A stretch of DNA of 64,000 nucleotides from Acidimicrobiales bacterium (GCA_037969565.1 JBBKXQ010000049.1:6495-70494); one strand, 5' to 3'. Positions 20,758 to 29,769 are shown, counted from the first letter of the stretch. Notes: generated by a model not told the origin, from the letters alone. Numbers and translations: made by a program.

Positions 20758-22064
20758 CGCTGCCATGCTTCTCCCAGTTCCCATTCGACACCTTCTGGTG
20801 TGTCACGAACTTCGATGTCGGCCCCGGCCATCTCGTCACGGATGAGATCGGACAGGTGGTATTGCTTCTCGTCCCGAACGACGCGGCGCAACTCGAGCAC
20901 GGCCCCCACAACGGGACCGACGACGTCGCGAGGATCACGAACTCCTCCGGTGGCCGCCTGCCCGAGTCGGACGATCATCGACCGACGGGCAGCGCGAGCC
21001 TGGTCGTTGTGGTCGCTCTGCGTGGTGTCGGTCGACCAGCGGTCGATCGCCACGTCGAGAGCCAAGATCGCGGCGACCGCACCATCGGCGTTGCGTTCCG
21101 CCAGCGCTTCGTCGAACTGCTTCTCGATCGACCGCACGTCGTCGAGCAAGGTGGCTCCGGCGAGCTCTGCTGGTGCTGAGGGTGATCGTGTGGGCGTTGG
21201 CTCAGCTGTCGTTGGCGTCGTGCTGGTCGGCGGGGCCACGCGGATGCCTCCAACACCGCCCTCACGAAGCACATCGATCGGCACGGTGACGCCGGCCGGG
21301 ATCGTGATCGACTCACCTCTGGTTCGCAGCGTGAGCACGCCCTTGCCGAAGATCTCTGCGGTGTCGGCGTCGAGATCGAGGGTGACGCCGGTGTGCTCGT
21401 CGATCCCGAGGATGAAACTGTCGGCGGGTAGGTCGCCCTCGATCATCTGTAGCCGTGACTCGCCGAGGTAGCACATCCTCGTGTCGTGATTTCCGCCCTC
21501 GTTGTTGTCGTAATGAGGGATCACGGTGACCGGTAGTCCGAAGGTGCTGAGAAGGTCGAGGCCGTCGTGCCAGAACGGATCGGCGCCGACCTTGTAGATC
21601 TCGTAGACAGGGACGGTCCGAACGCCGATCGTGAGCGCCGCCGCACTGCTGAAGACGACGGCGCCTCCGGTCTGGAGTTTCTCGGCGAGAGCTCCGGCCA
21701 CGGGAGTGCCGGCCCATTGGCGAAGGGTGAAGGTGGGACTCCCAGGGCCGGCGAAGAGCCAGTCGGCCGTGCGAATGCGGCTGAGGGCACGCTCGATGGC
21801 GACCGTGTCGCCGGTGTCTGTGCGTCGCAGCCCGGCGACCTCGACGATCTGCCCGACGCTGACGGCGAAGTATTCCAGGCTCTTCTCGACGAGCGAATCA
21901 GCGTTCTCCTGGAATCCGAAGGGTGTGTCGAGCATCACGGCGTCGAGATCTCGCCCGCCCTTGGCCTGTCGAAGCCGTTCGAACACGGCTCGATGGGGTT
22001 TGGTCATGGTCGGCGCAGTTTCGCCCGATCCCATGAGAACCAATAAGCGAGGCAGGTCTGTCAC
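20754..22064 (-). CDS. Peptidase S51/cyanophycinase-like (GATase-fold) hydrolase fused to a CysRS-type C-terminal anticodon-binding domain
   Basis: LMGSGET, DTPFGFQEN, FAGPGSP, FSSAAAL, IPHYDN, GIDEHT; C-term LRRVVRDEKQYHLSDLIRDEMAGADIEVRDTPEGVEW; TAGCCT 7 nt before GTG 22064. Confidence 0.8.
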   Translation of the reverse strand: MTDLPRLLVLMGSGETAPTMTKPHRAVFERLRQAKGGRDLDAVMLDTPFGFQENADSLVEKSLEYFAVSVGQIVEVAGLRRTDTGDTVAIERALSRIRTADWLFAGPGSPTFTLRQWAGTPVAGALAEKLQTGGAVVFSSAAALTIGVRTVPVYEIYKVGADPFWHDGLDLLSTFGLPVTVIPHYDNNEGGNHDTRMCYLGESRLQMIEGDLPADSFILGIDEHTGVTLDLDADTAEIFGKGVLTLRTRGESITIPAGVTVPIDVLREGGVGGIRVAPPTSTTPTTAEPTPTRSPSAPAELAGATLLDDVRSIEKQFDEALAERNADGAVAAILALDVAIDRWSTDTTQSDHNDQARAARRSMIVRLGQAATGGVRDPRDVVGPVVGAVLELRRVVRDEKQYHLSDLIRDEMAGADIEVRDTPEGVEWELGEAWQR

Positions 22065-22071
22065 TCGCCCG

Positions 22072-22081
22072 AGGCTAGCGT
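22072..22081. promoter_or_regulatory. Overlapping divergent -10 elements (bidirectional leaderless promoter)
   Basis: AGGCTAGCGT reads TAGCCT on - and TAGCGT on +, each 7 nt from a start codon (22064, 22089). Confidence 0.6.
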
Positions 22082-22088
22082 TTGGCCG

Positions 22089-23864
22089 ATGCGGCCCTCG
22101 ACGTCCCGACGCTCCCATCGATTTCTCACGCTCCTCGTGGCGCTCGCCGTCCTTGCGTCGGCGTGCACCAGTGGAGAAGACGATTCCTCCTCCGACACCG
22201 TCCAACCGATTGATTCGACCGAGACCGTCGACGGCTCCGACACGACGGAGTCAACCGAGGAGACGGCGCCCCAACCCTCGGTCGAACCGCTCGAGTGGTC
22301 GGCCTGTGAGCCGTTGGAGTGCACCACCATCATGGTTCCCCGTGATTACTCCGAGCCCGACGGGCCGATGCTCGAGATCGCTGTTGCCCGGCAGCCCGCC
22401 ACCGACCAGGCCAATCGCATCGGTTCGCTGGTGCTCAATCCCGGAGGGCCGGGTGGATCGGGAATCGACTATCTCCGATCAGCCGTATTCACCATCCCGC
22501 AGGAAGTGCAGGCTCGGTTCGACCTCGTCAGTTTCGACCCTCGGGGTGTGGGAGCGAGTTCCGCTGTCGATTGCGACATCAACTACGACGATCTCGCCGG
22601 GCTCGTCCCCGAAGGAGACGATGCGGCCTGGGCCATGATCGTCGAAGAAGATCAAGCGTTGATTGCTTCGTGCCCCGGGAGTGCGCTCGAACTCGCGCCT
22701 TACGTCGGCACCAACAATGCGGCCCGAGATCTCGATCAGCTCCGGGCCGCGGTTGGTGACGAGAAACTCACCTATCTCGGGTACAGCTACGGAACCAGGC
22801 TGGGTGCCACCTATGCCGAACTGTTCCCCGACAACGTCCGTGCCCTGGTGCTCGACGGCGGTGTGCTGCCAACCGATGACCTCACTGCGATCGATCTCGA
22901 ACAGGCGAAGGGCTTCGATCTGGCGTTCGAGAACTTTGCGGCGCAGTGCGACGCCGACGCCGATTGCTTGTTGCAGGAGATCGGACCCACCATCGAGGTG
23001 TTCAGAACGATCGAAGCCGAGATTCGCGACGTCGGGAGTTTCCAAACCGACGACCCCGAGCGAGTTCTCACCCCGGCCGAGTTCTACATCGGGGTCATCG
23101 CCGCGCTGTACAGCGTCAGCGCCTGGCCGTTCCTCGCTCAGGCGCTGTACACCGCCGAAACCGGCGCCGACGGCACGCTGCTCCAGGTCCTTGGCGACAA
23201 TCTGGTCGGTCGGAAGGTCGATGGTTCCTACGACAACAGCAATGAGGCCAACGGATTCATCAACTGCGCCGACGATCCGAGACGCCCGGACGTCGCGGAA
23301 ACCCGGGCCGACGTTTACGAGTCGGCGGCCCAAACCGTCTACTTCGGCGACGCGTTCCGAGCTTCCACCGGTTGCCTCACGGCCCCTCCCGCAATCGACT
23401 CGCTCACCCTCGGTCCGGCCACCGGCTCGCAGCCCATCCTCGTCATCGGCAACACCGGAGACCCTGCAACCCCCTACGAGTGGAGCGCCGCATTGGCCGA
23501 TTCACTCGAGAGCGGCGTGCTCTACTCAGTGGAGGCCGAAGGCCACACCGCCTACGGATCCTTCGAGTGTGTCGCTCCCGTGGTCAACGCCTATCTCATC
23601 GACCTCGAGGTGCCGGCCGAGGGCGGATCGTGTTCGGCGAACGCCGATGCCGACTTCTTTCCCCCGGCCGGTGAGAGCGATTTCGACTTGGTGATCTCGT
23701 TCATCGATTGCATCAGGGACGAAGGAATCGACGTCGCTCCGGTCGGAACCGCCGACCTCCTGGCCGACCCCACGCTCGAGAAACTGCTGGAGGACATCGA
23801 CATCGAGAATCCCGACACGATCGCCGCCGTCCTCGCTTGTCAGAGCCTGCTTCCCACCCCGTAA
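22089..23864 (+). CDS. Alpha/beta hydrolase lipoprotein (tripeptidyl aminopeptidase-like)
   Basis: Lipobox LASAC, NPGGPGGSG, FDPRGVG, GYSYGT, GDPATPY, EGHTAY. Confidence 0.9.
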   Translation: MRPSTSRRSHRFLTLLVALAVLASACTSGEDDSSSDTVQPIDSTETVDGSDTTESTEETAPQPSVEPLEWSACEPLECTTIMVPRDYSEPDGPMLEIAVARQPATDQANRIGSLVLNPGGPGGSGIDYLRSAVFTIPQEVQARFDLVSFDPRGVGASSAVDCDINYDDLAGLVPEGDDAAWAMIVEEDQALIASCPGSALELAPYVGTNNAARDLDQLRAAVGDEKLTYLGYSYGTRLGATYAELFPDNVRALVLDGGVLPTDDLTAIDLEQAKGFDLAFENFAAQCDADADCLLQEIGPTIEVFRTIEAEIRDVGSFQTDDPERVLTPAEFYIGVIAALYSVSAWPFLAQALYTAETGADGTLLQVLGDNLVGRKVDGSYDNSNEANGFINCADDPRRPDVAETRADVYESAAQTVYFGDAFRASTGCLTAPPAIDSLTLGPATGSQPILVIGNTGDPATPYEWSAALADSLESGVLYSVEAEGHTAYGSFECVAPVVNAYLIDLEVPAEGGSCSANADADFFPPAGESDFDLVISFIDCIRDEGIDVAPVGTADLLADPTLEKLLEDIDIENPDTIAAVLACQSLLPTP

Positions 23865-23878
23865 ACGGTTTACCGACG

Positions 23879-24679
23879 ATGGCTCCCAGACTCATTGCCA
23901 CCGATCTCGACGGCACCCTGCTCAATGCCGCGTCGCAGATCTCGGCGCGAACCGTGACGGCCATCGCCACTGCAGTCGAGGCCGGAATCGACGTGGTCGT
24001 TGCCACCGGCCGCAGTCACTGGTCGGCCCTCCCGATCATTGCGCCGCTGCGACATGTTCGCTGGCTGATCTGCTCGAACGGGGCGGTGGTCATCGATCGC
24101 CACCAGGATTCGGTGGTCGTCGAGCGCCCGCTCGGTGATCTCGTGGCCAAGCAAACCATGCTGGACGTTCAAGCCGCCTTCCCCGAAGTCGGCTTCGCCT
24201 GGGAGACGGCGGCTGGGTTGTTCTACTCCGAGCAATTCCGGGCCAACCGGGAATCGGCCCGACCGGGTTCGGTATTCGGCACGACCTCGCCGTCGGTGGC
24301 CGAGACCGATCAAACCGGCCTGCTTCGGCTGATGGTCTCCCACCCGTCGCTGACCCAACACGAATGGCTCGACGCCGTACGCCCCCACATTCCGGACCAC
24401 CTCGAAGTCTCGACGTCGAGCGCCGACATGGTCGAGGTCTGCGGACCAGGGGCCGACAAGGGATTGGCGTTGGCGGCACTCTGCGATCAGCTGGGAGTGC
24501 CGGCCGACGCAGTCGTCGCCTTCGGTGATCACGCCAATGATCTGGGAATGCTCCGGTGGGCGGGCACGAGTTACGTCATGGACAACGCCGAAGGCCGTAT
24601 GAAGGAGACTCATACACTGATCGCTCCTCACCACGATGAGGATGGAGTGGCTCAGATTCTGGACATGCTGGCGGGCTGA
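23879..24679 (+). CDS. Cof-type HAD-IIB hydrolase
   Basis: IATDLDGTLL, VATGR, CSNGA, DKG, AFGDHANDLGML. Confidence 0.9.
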   Translation: MAPRLIATDLDGTLLNAASQISARTVTAIATAVEAGIDVVVATGRSHWSALPIIAPLRHVRWLICSNGAVVIDRHQDSVVVERPLGDLVAKQTMLDVQAAFPEVGFAWETAAGLFYSEQFRANRESARPGSVFGTTSPSVAETDQTGLLRLMVSHPSLTQHEWLDAVRPHIPDHLEVSTSSADMVEVCGPGADKGLALAALCDQLGVPADAVVAFGDHANDLGMLRWAGTSYVMDNAEGRMKETHTLIAPHHDEDGVAQILDMLAG

Positions 24680-24693
24680 TCTACCATTACCCG

Positions 24694-25689
24694 ATGGTCG
24701 CAACCCTGGTGCCTTCTGAAGCGGCGCTTCCTGATGTCCTTCCCACCGATCGGTTGAACGGGCGGGGGGTCGCCACTCGGGATCTGCGCAATCAACTTCG
24801 ACGGATCTCCAACGTCGGCAACGTGTTCACGGTGCTCGGTGCCCTGATCGCTTCCTTTGGCGTGATCATCGCCGCCGGCGTGATCAACACCTGGTGGGCC
24901 TATCTCGCGGCCTTCGTGTTGATGGCCCGAGGCCATGTGGGCCTCAACATCCTCGGCCACGAAGCGGCCCACCGTCTGCTCTTCAGCAAACAGTGGGCCA
25001 ACGACTTCGTCGGTCGTTGGGTGCTGGCCTATCCGTCGTTTCAGGCCATGGTGTCCTACCGCCGATCACACTTCGCCCATCACCGTGACGAACTCGGCCC
25101 CGAAGAGCCCGACCTGAGCCTCTACAGCGGCTATCCGATCCCGCCGGATTCGATTCGTCGGAAGCTCCGACGGGATCTCACCGGAGTCAGCGCGATGAAG
25201 AACTTTCGCGGGCTCTTCAGCGCCGCTCGCCGCGGCGCCCTCGAAGCCCGTCAGATCCTGGCCGTCCACGTGGTGTTCTTCGCCATCACCATCGCCTTCG
25301 GCCGACCCCTGGTCTACGTGGTATGGGTGGCCTCCTGGTCCACGCTGTGGCGGGTGTCGAATCGTCTGCGATCGATTGCCGAGCACGGCGGCATGGTCCG
25401 ATCCAAGGATCGCAGGCTCACCACCCACGTCATCAAGCAGAGCCCCCTCACCCGGTTCTGGATCGTTCCCTACAACACGGGCTGGCACCTGGCCCACCAT
25501 GTCGACATGGGTGTGCCTTGGCGCAACCTGCCTCGGCTGCACAACGAGCTGGTTGCGGCTGGTTGGGTCACCGAATCACTCGAATATCCGGGCTACCTCG
25601 CCTTCTGGCGGGCGGCCACGTCGGGCACGACCAAACAACCCGACGTCGAAGGTGCGGGATCGGGCAAGTCGAGCATGCTCGACTTCTGA
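24694..25689 (+). CDS. Fatty acid desaturase family protein
   Basis: His boxes HEAAH, HFAHH, HLAHH plus TM segments. Confidence 0.85.
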   Translation: MVATLVPSEAALPDVLPTDRLNGRGVATRDLRNQLRRISNVGNVFTVLGALIASFGVIIAAGVINTWWAYLAAFVLMARGHVGLNILGHEAAHRLLFSKQWANDFVGRWVLAYPSFQAMVSYRRSHFAHHRDELGPEEPDLSLYSGYPIPPDSIRRKLRRDLTGVSAMKNFRGLFSAARRGALEARQILAVHVVFFAITIAFGRPLVYVVWVASWSTLWRVSNRLRSIAEHGGMVRSKDRRLTTHVIKQSPLTRFWIVPYNTGWHLAHHVDMGVPWRNLPRLHNELVAAGWVTESLEYPGYLAFWRAATSGTTKQPDVEGAGSGKSSMLDF

Positions 25690-25726
25690 GCAGCCCCCGT
25701 CGATCAGTGACTGAGCGTTGAGGCTC

Positions 25727-26152
25727 TCAGGACGGTTCGAGGGCTCCGACGAGCCGGTCGACGAACTCGCTGGCTCCTCCGGCCAGATCGCTGCGCTTGA
25801 TCGCCATACCACCGATCACGTCGCCACCCCGACGTTCGACGATCCCGGCCAACTTCGCCAGGGTCTTGCCGGAGTCGAGGGCGTAGGTGCAGTAGACGGC
25901 AGTTTTCTTGCCATTGATCACCGGCAGATTGATGAGCCGGCGCACACCGGCCGGTTTCTGACCGACCACGAACAGTCCGTCGACCCACGATCCGATGATC
26001 ACGAGGTCGGCCTCGGAGAGTTGCTGGAGGTTGATGGCCTTGATCGAGCAGGCAATGGTGCTGATTCCCGACTCGGACAGCTCGGCGGCAATCATTTCAC
26101 CCGCCTTGCGGGTGTTGCCGGTCAACGATTCGTAGATCACGATCCCCTTCAT
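25727..26152 (-). CDS. Flavodoxin-domain protein
   Basis: IYESLTGNTRK FMN loop, ADLVIIGSW; TACCTT 7 nt before ATG 26152. Confidence 0.8.
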   Translation of the reverse strand: MKGIVIYESLTGNTRKAGEMIAAELSESGISTIACSIKAINLQQLSEADLVIIGSWVDGLFVVGQKPAGVRRLINLPVINGKKTAVYCTYALDSGKTLAKLAGIVERRGGDVIGGMAIKRSDLAGGASEFVDRLVGALEPS

Positions 26153-26184
26153 GGACCACAAGGTAGCCCACTATCCTGGCTGCC

Positions 26185-26460
26185 ATGTCCGACAAGCGCT
26201 ACCGCATTTCAATCACCTACTGCGTCCCGTGAAACTATTCAGCCCGCGCCGTGAGCGCGGTCAGTGATCTTCTCGGCAGCTACCAGCACGTGATCGACGA
26301 ACTCACGCTGGTCACCGGCAGTCGGGGCGTGTTCGACGTGGTCGTGAACGACGAGCTGATCTATTCGAAAGCGCAGACCGGCCGTCATGCCAACGGTGGT
26401 GAAGTGCTCGAGTTGATCCGCGAACTCGTCGGTCCCGACGTATCGGTGTACGGCACTTGA
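26185..26460 (+). CDS. Rdx/SelT-SelW-SelH family selenoprotein (CxxU, in-frame TGA at 26230-26232)
   Basis: MSDKRYRISITYCVP-U-NYSARAVSAVSDLL..LVTGSRGVFDVVVNDELIYSK; TATCCT 7 nt before ATG; SECIS-like hairpin follows. Confidence 0.85.
26244..26260 (+). promoter_or_regulatory. Putative bacterial SECIS element
   Basis: CCGCGC-cgtga-GCGCGG hairpin starting 11 nt after the in-frame UGA, with G in the loop. Confidence 0.65.
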
Positions 26461-27287
26461 TCGATGGTTGGCTTCCGGTAGAAGACCCGAACGATCCTCG
26501 CCTCGAGGTTTTCCAGGGACTTCGGGATCAGGTCTTGCGCCAGGAACGAGAAATGCCCAACGGCGACATGGCCGGGGTTTTCATTTCCGAGGGCGATGTG
26601 GTGGTCGGGCGGGCGTTGGCCGCCGGCTACGAGCTGGCATCGATCCTGGTCGACGCCAAACGCAGCAAACCGCTACCCGGGGTGGTGCCTCCAGACGTAC
26701 CGATCTACGCCGCCGGACCTGCGGTGTTGTCGAAGATCACCGGCTACCACTTGCACCGGGGGGCGCTCGCCTGCTTCCGCCGCCGGCCGGTCCCGTCAGT
26801 CGACGAGGTGCTCAGCGATCAGAGCATCCGCTCCATCGTGGTCTTGGAAGCCATCAACAACCCCACGAACATGGGAGTCATCCTCCGCTGCGCGGCCGGC
26901 CTCGGCATCGATGCCTTCGTCTTGGATCCCACCTGTTGCGATCCCCTCTATCGACGTTCCGGGCGTGTCTCCATGGGCGAGGCCTACGCGCTCCCCTACG
27001 CCCGCCTCGAGGCCCTCCCCGACGGTCTCGATGTACTCCGTCGTCATGGTTTCCGGCTGCTCGCCCTCACGCCAGGGCCGGATTCCATCGCTCTCGAAGA
27101 GCTCCGCCTCGGTGAAGAGGATCGTGTCGGTCTCCTGCTGGGGGCCGAGGGCCCGGGTCTGAGCCGCGGCGTGCTGGAGGCCGTGGATGAGAGCGTTCGG
27201 ATTGGGATGAGCGGGACCGTCGATTCCATCAACGTCGGCTCCGCCGCCGCCGTCGCGTTCTATGGCGTCCAACAAGCCAGGCGCTGA
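26457..27287 (+). CDS. TrmH/SpoU family RNA methyltransferase
   Basis: FISEG, TGYHLHRG, NNPTNMGVILR, DPLYRRSGRVSMG, GAEGPGL, DSINVGSAAA. Confidence 0.9.
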   Translation: MIDGWLPVEDPNDPRLEVFQGLRDQVLRQEREMPNGDMAGVFISEGDVVVGRALAAGYELASILVDAKRSKPLPGVVPPDVPIYAAGPAVLSKITGYHLHRGALACFRRRPVPSVDEVLSDQSIRSIVVLEAINNPTNMGVILRCAAGLGIDAFVLDPTCCDPLYRRSGRVSMGEAYALPYARLEALPDGLDVLRRHGFRLLALTPGPDSIALEELRLGEEDRVGLLLGAEGPGLSRGVLEAVDESVRIGMSGTVDSINVGSAAAVAFYGVQQARR

Positions 27288-28061
27288 AGAGACACCGGCG
27301 GCCGACATTTCGCGCACGGCGTTGCTGGCCTCGTCGTCCCGAGGGACCGATCGGGCGGCTCGAACGAGTGATCCCAAGGCTGCATTCACCTCGGTTGCGT
27401 TCGAAAGGCGGGCTGCGAAGGGGACCCTCGACTGGCGTTTGCCTGCCGGTTCGTCGACGGCCAGGGTGATTCCGTAGCGATCGATGGCCACCAGCTCGGC
27501 GTGACTGCCCAACCAACGGCCGCCGAGGGTCTTGGCGATCAGCAGGATGTTGTCGTCGATTCGGTCGGCCACGTCGGCCAGGAACTCCGGCCCGAAGTCG
27601 ACCAGCGGGTCTGGCTCGGCTCCGGCCACGTCCTCGGGTCGGAGCCAGCGCTCATTGTCGTCGTCATCGATCCAACGGACCCGTGTGGGCACGAGCCGGA
27701 ACCACGAATAGTCGAGGGACTCGACCTGCGCTCGGAGCTTCGGGTAGTGGTCGACCACCTGATCGGTCATTTCGATCTGCTGGAGACCGGGAACCGGGCG
27801 AAGGTCGCCCTGGAGGAGCAACCGGTCGCCCACGCTCATGGCCGCTCGTTGATCTTGTCGACCGCGGCTGGTGTGGGTGGAGAGATTGGACAGGACGGTG
27901 ACCGGCGTTCCGGAACCGTCGGCGATCATCGGCACCGTGCCGACGACCGGACGGCCATCGGTGTCGATCGTGGCGAGACTTGCCGAGTGATGGGCAGCCA
28001 GGGTGGTGCGGGCTCGCTCAGCCCAGGACGGTTCGAACACTCCACAAAGGTCGGCACACAA
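26796..28061 (-). CDS. HugZ/pyridoxamine oxidase-like protein with DUF2470-type domain; tail runs antisense into trmH
   Basis: AERARTTL, SLATI, LSNLSTHT, AEPDPL, AIDRYG, RVPF; conserved part ends near 27350; start uncertain. Confidence 0.7.
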   Translation of the reverse strand: MCADLCGVFEPSWAERARTTLAAHHSASLATIDTDGRPVVGTVPMIADGSGTPVTVLSNLSTHTSRGRQDQRAAMSVGDRLLLQGDLRPVPGLQQIEMTDQVVDHYPKLRAQVESLDYSWFRLVPTRVRWIDDDDNERWLRPEDVAGAEPDPLVDFGPEFLADVADRIDDNILLIAKTLGGRWLGSHAELVAIDRYGITLAVDEPAGKRQSRVPFAARLSNATEVNAALGSLVRAARSVPRDDEASNAVREMSAAGVSSAPGLLDAIERDGGGGADVDGIDGPAHPNPNALIHGLQHAAAQTRALGPQQETDTILFTEAELFESDGIRPWREGEQPETMTTEYIETVGEGLEAGVGERVGLAHGDTPGTSIEGIATGGIQDEGIDAEAGRAAEDDSHVRGVVDGFQDHDGADALIAEHLVD

Positions 28062-28140
28062 CGGTCTGCTCTTGAGTGGATGTTGGTTGCGATTGGTCGT
28101 CCGTCTTGAGTGCCACTCGAAATCAGGTCACGATGACCGA

Positions 28141-29769
28141 ATGATCGAGAGCACCATGCAGGACTTTCCCCTGACCATCACCCATCTGTTCCAACACGGT
28201 CGGCGGGTGCACGGTGATTCCGAGATCATGACCTTTCGCGGCCCGGACCAACCGCTGCAACGGGCCACGTTCGCCGAAGTCGGCGACCGGGCCGACCAAC
28301 TCGCCGCGGCGTTGACCCGCCTCGGCGTGCAGCAAGGTGACCGGGTCGGGACCTTCCTCTGGAACAACCAGAGCCACATGGAGGCGTACCTGGCGATTCC
28401 CTGCATGGGTGCGGTCATGCACACCCTCAACATCCGACTTTTCCCCGAGCAGCTCTCGTACGTGATCAATCACGCCGAAGACAAGGTGATCATCATCGAT
28501 GACTCGCTGGTGCCGCTTCTGGCCAAGGTGTTCAGCGAGTTGACCACCGTCGAGCACGTGATCGTGTGCAGCTCGGGCGAGGGCCCGGCGTCGCTGGAGG
28601 GTGTTGGGGAAACACTCGACTATGACGCCTTGCTGGCCGCCGAAACGCCGGGTTTCGTCTATCCCGAACTCGACGAGCGGGCAGCGGCCGCAATGTGTTA
28701 CACGTCGGGAACGACCGGCAACCCGAAGGGTGTTGCCTACTCCCATCGCTCGACCTTCCTCCACGCCTTTGCGGGTATGTCGGCCCAAACGCTGCAGTTC
28801 AGCCAGGCCGAACGGGTGCTCCTGATCGTGCCGATGTTCCACGCCAACGCCTGGGGTATGCCCTATTCGGCCTTTGCGGTCGGGGCCGACATGGTGATGC
28901 CCCAGCAGTTCCTCCAGTCCGGTCCGCTGGCGGGGCTGATCGAAGCGACGAAACCCACGATCTCGGGTGCTGTCCCGACGGTGCTCAACGACCTCTTGCA
29001 GAATCAGCCAGGGGCCGATCTGAGTTCGTTGCGTTACATCGTGTGTGGCGGGTCGGCGGTTCCCCGAGCGCTCATCGAGGGTTATCGCAAGACCTTCGGA
29101 GTCGACATCCTCCAAGCGTGGGGCATGACCGAGACCTCCCCGCTGGCCGCCGTCGGCTGGCCGCCACGCGGCGTCGACTATGACGACGACATCGACTTCC
29201 GGGTGAAGACCGGGCGGATCGTCCCCGGTGTCGAGGTTCGGATCTGTTCCGACAACGACGGCACGGTTCTCCCATGGGACGGAACGACGCAGGGCGAGAT
29301 CGAGATACGAGGGCCGTGGATCGCCGCCAGTTACTATCTCGATCCCACCGATGAGAAGTTCCACGACGGCTGGTTGCGCACCGGTGATGTGGCCACCATC
29401 GAGCCCAACGGATTCATTCAAATACGAGATCGGGCCAAAGACGTCATCAAGTCGGGCGGCGAATGGATCAGCTCGGTCGACTTGGAGAATGAGTTGATGG
29501 GCCACCCGGCCGTGATGGAGGCAGCCGTGGTCGGTGTTCCGGATGAGCGCTGGGACGAGCGGCCGATGGCCTGTGTCGTTCTGCAGCCCGGAGCGGAGGT
29601 AACCGCGGAGGAACTGCGTGACTTCCTCTCGGAGCGGGTGGCCAAATGGTGGTTGCCCGAGCGGTGGACGTTCATCGAATCGGTGCCGAAAACCTCCGTC
29701 GGCAAGTTCTCCAAGAAGGATCTTCGTTCCCAATTCGCGGACGGAGAACTCACGGTCGTCGAGATCTGA
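28141..29769 (+). CDS. Long-chain fatty acid--CoA ligase
   Basis: YTSGTTGNPKG, PMFHANAWG, WGMTET, WLRTGD, DRAKDVIKSGGEWISS, PKTSVGK. Confidence 0.92.
   Translation: MIESTMQDFPLTITHLFQHGRRVHGDSEIMTFRGPDQPLQRATFAEVGDRADQLAAALTRLGVQQGDRVGTFLWNNQSHMEAYLAIPCMGAVMHTLNIRLFPEQLSYVINHAEDKVIIIDDSLVPLLAKVFSELTTVEHVIVCSSGEGPASLEGVGETLDYDALLAAETPGFVYPELDERAAAAMCYTSGTTGNPKGVAYSHRSTFLHAFAGMSAQTLQFSQAERVLLIVPMFHANAWGMPYSAFAVGADMVMPQQFLQSGPLAGLIEATKPTISGAVPTVLNDLLQNQPGADLSSLRYIVCGGSAVPRALIEGYRKTFGVDILQAWGMTETSPLAAVGWPPRGVDYDDDIDFRVKTGRIVPGVEVRICSDNDGTVLPWDGTTQGEIEIRGPWIAASYYLDPTDEKFHDGWLRTGDVATIEPNGFIQIRDRAKDVIKSGGEWISSVDLENELMGHPAVMEAAVVGVPDERWDERPMACVVLQPGAEVTAEELRDFLSERVAKWWLPERWTFIESVPKTSVGKFSKKDLRSQFADGELTVVEI

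Noticed and set aside
20754-22064. Cysteinyl-tRNA synthetase
   Set aside because: Only the C-terminal tail is similar; no HIGH/KMSKS motifs or Zn ligands
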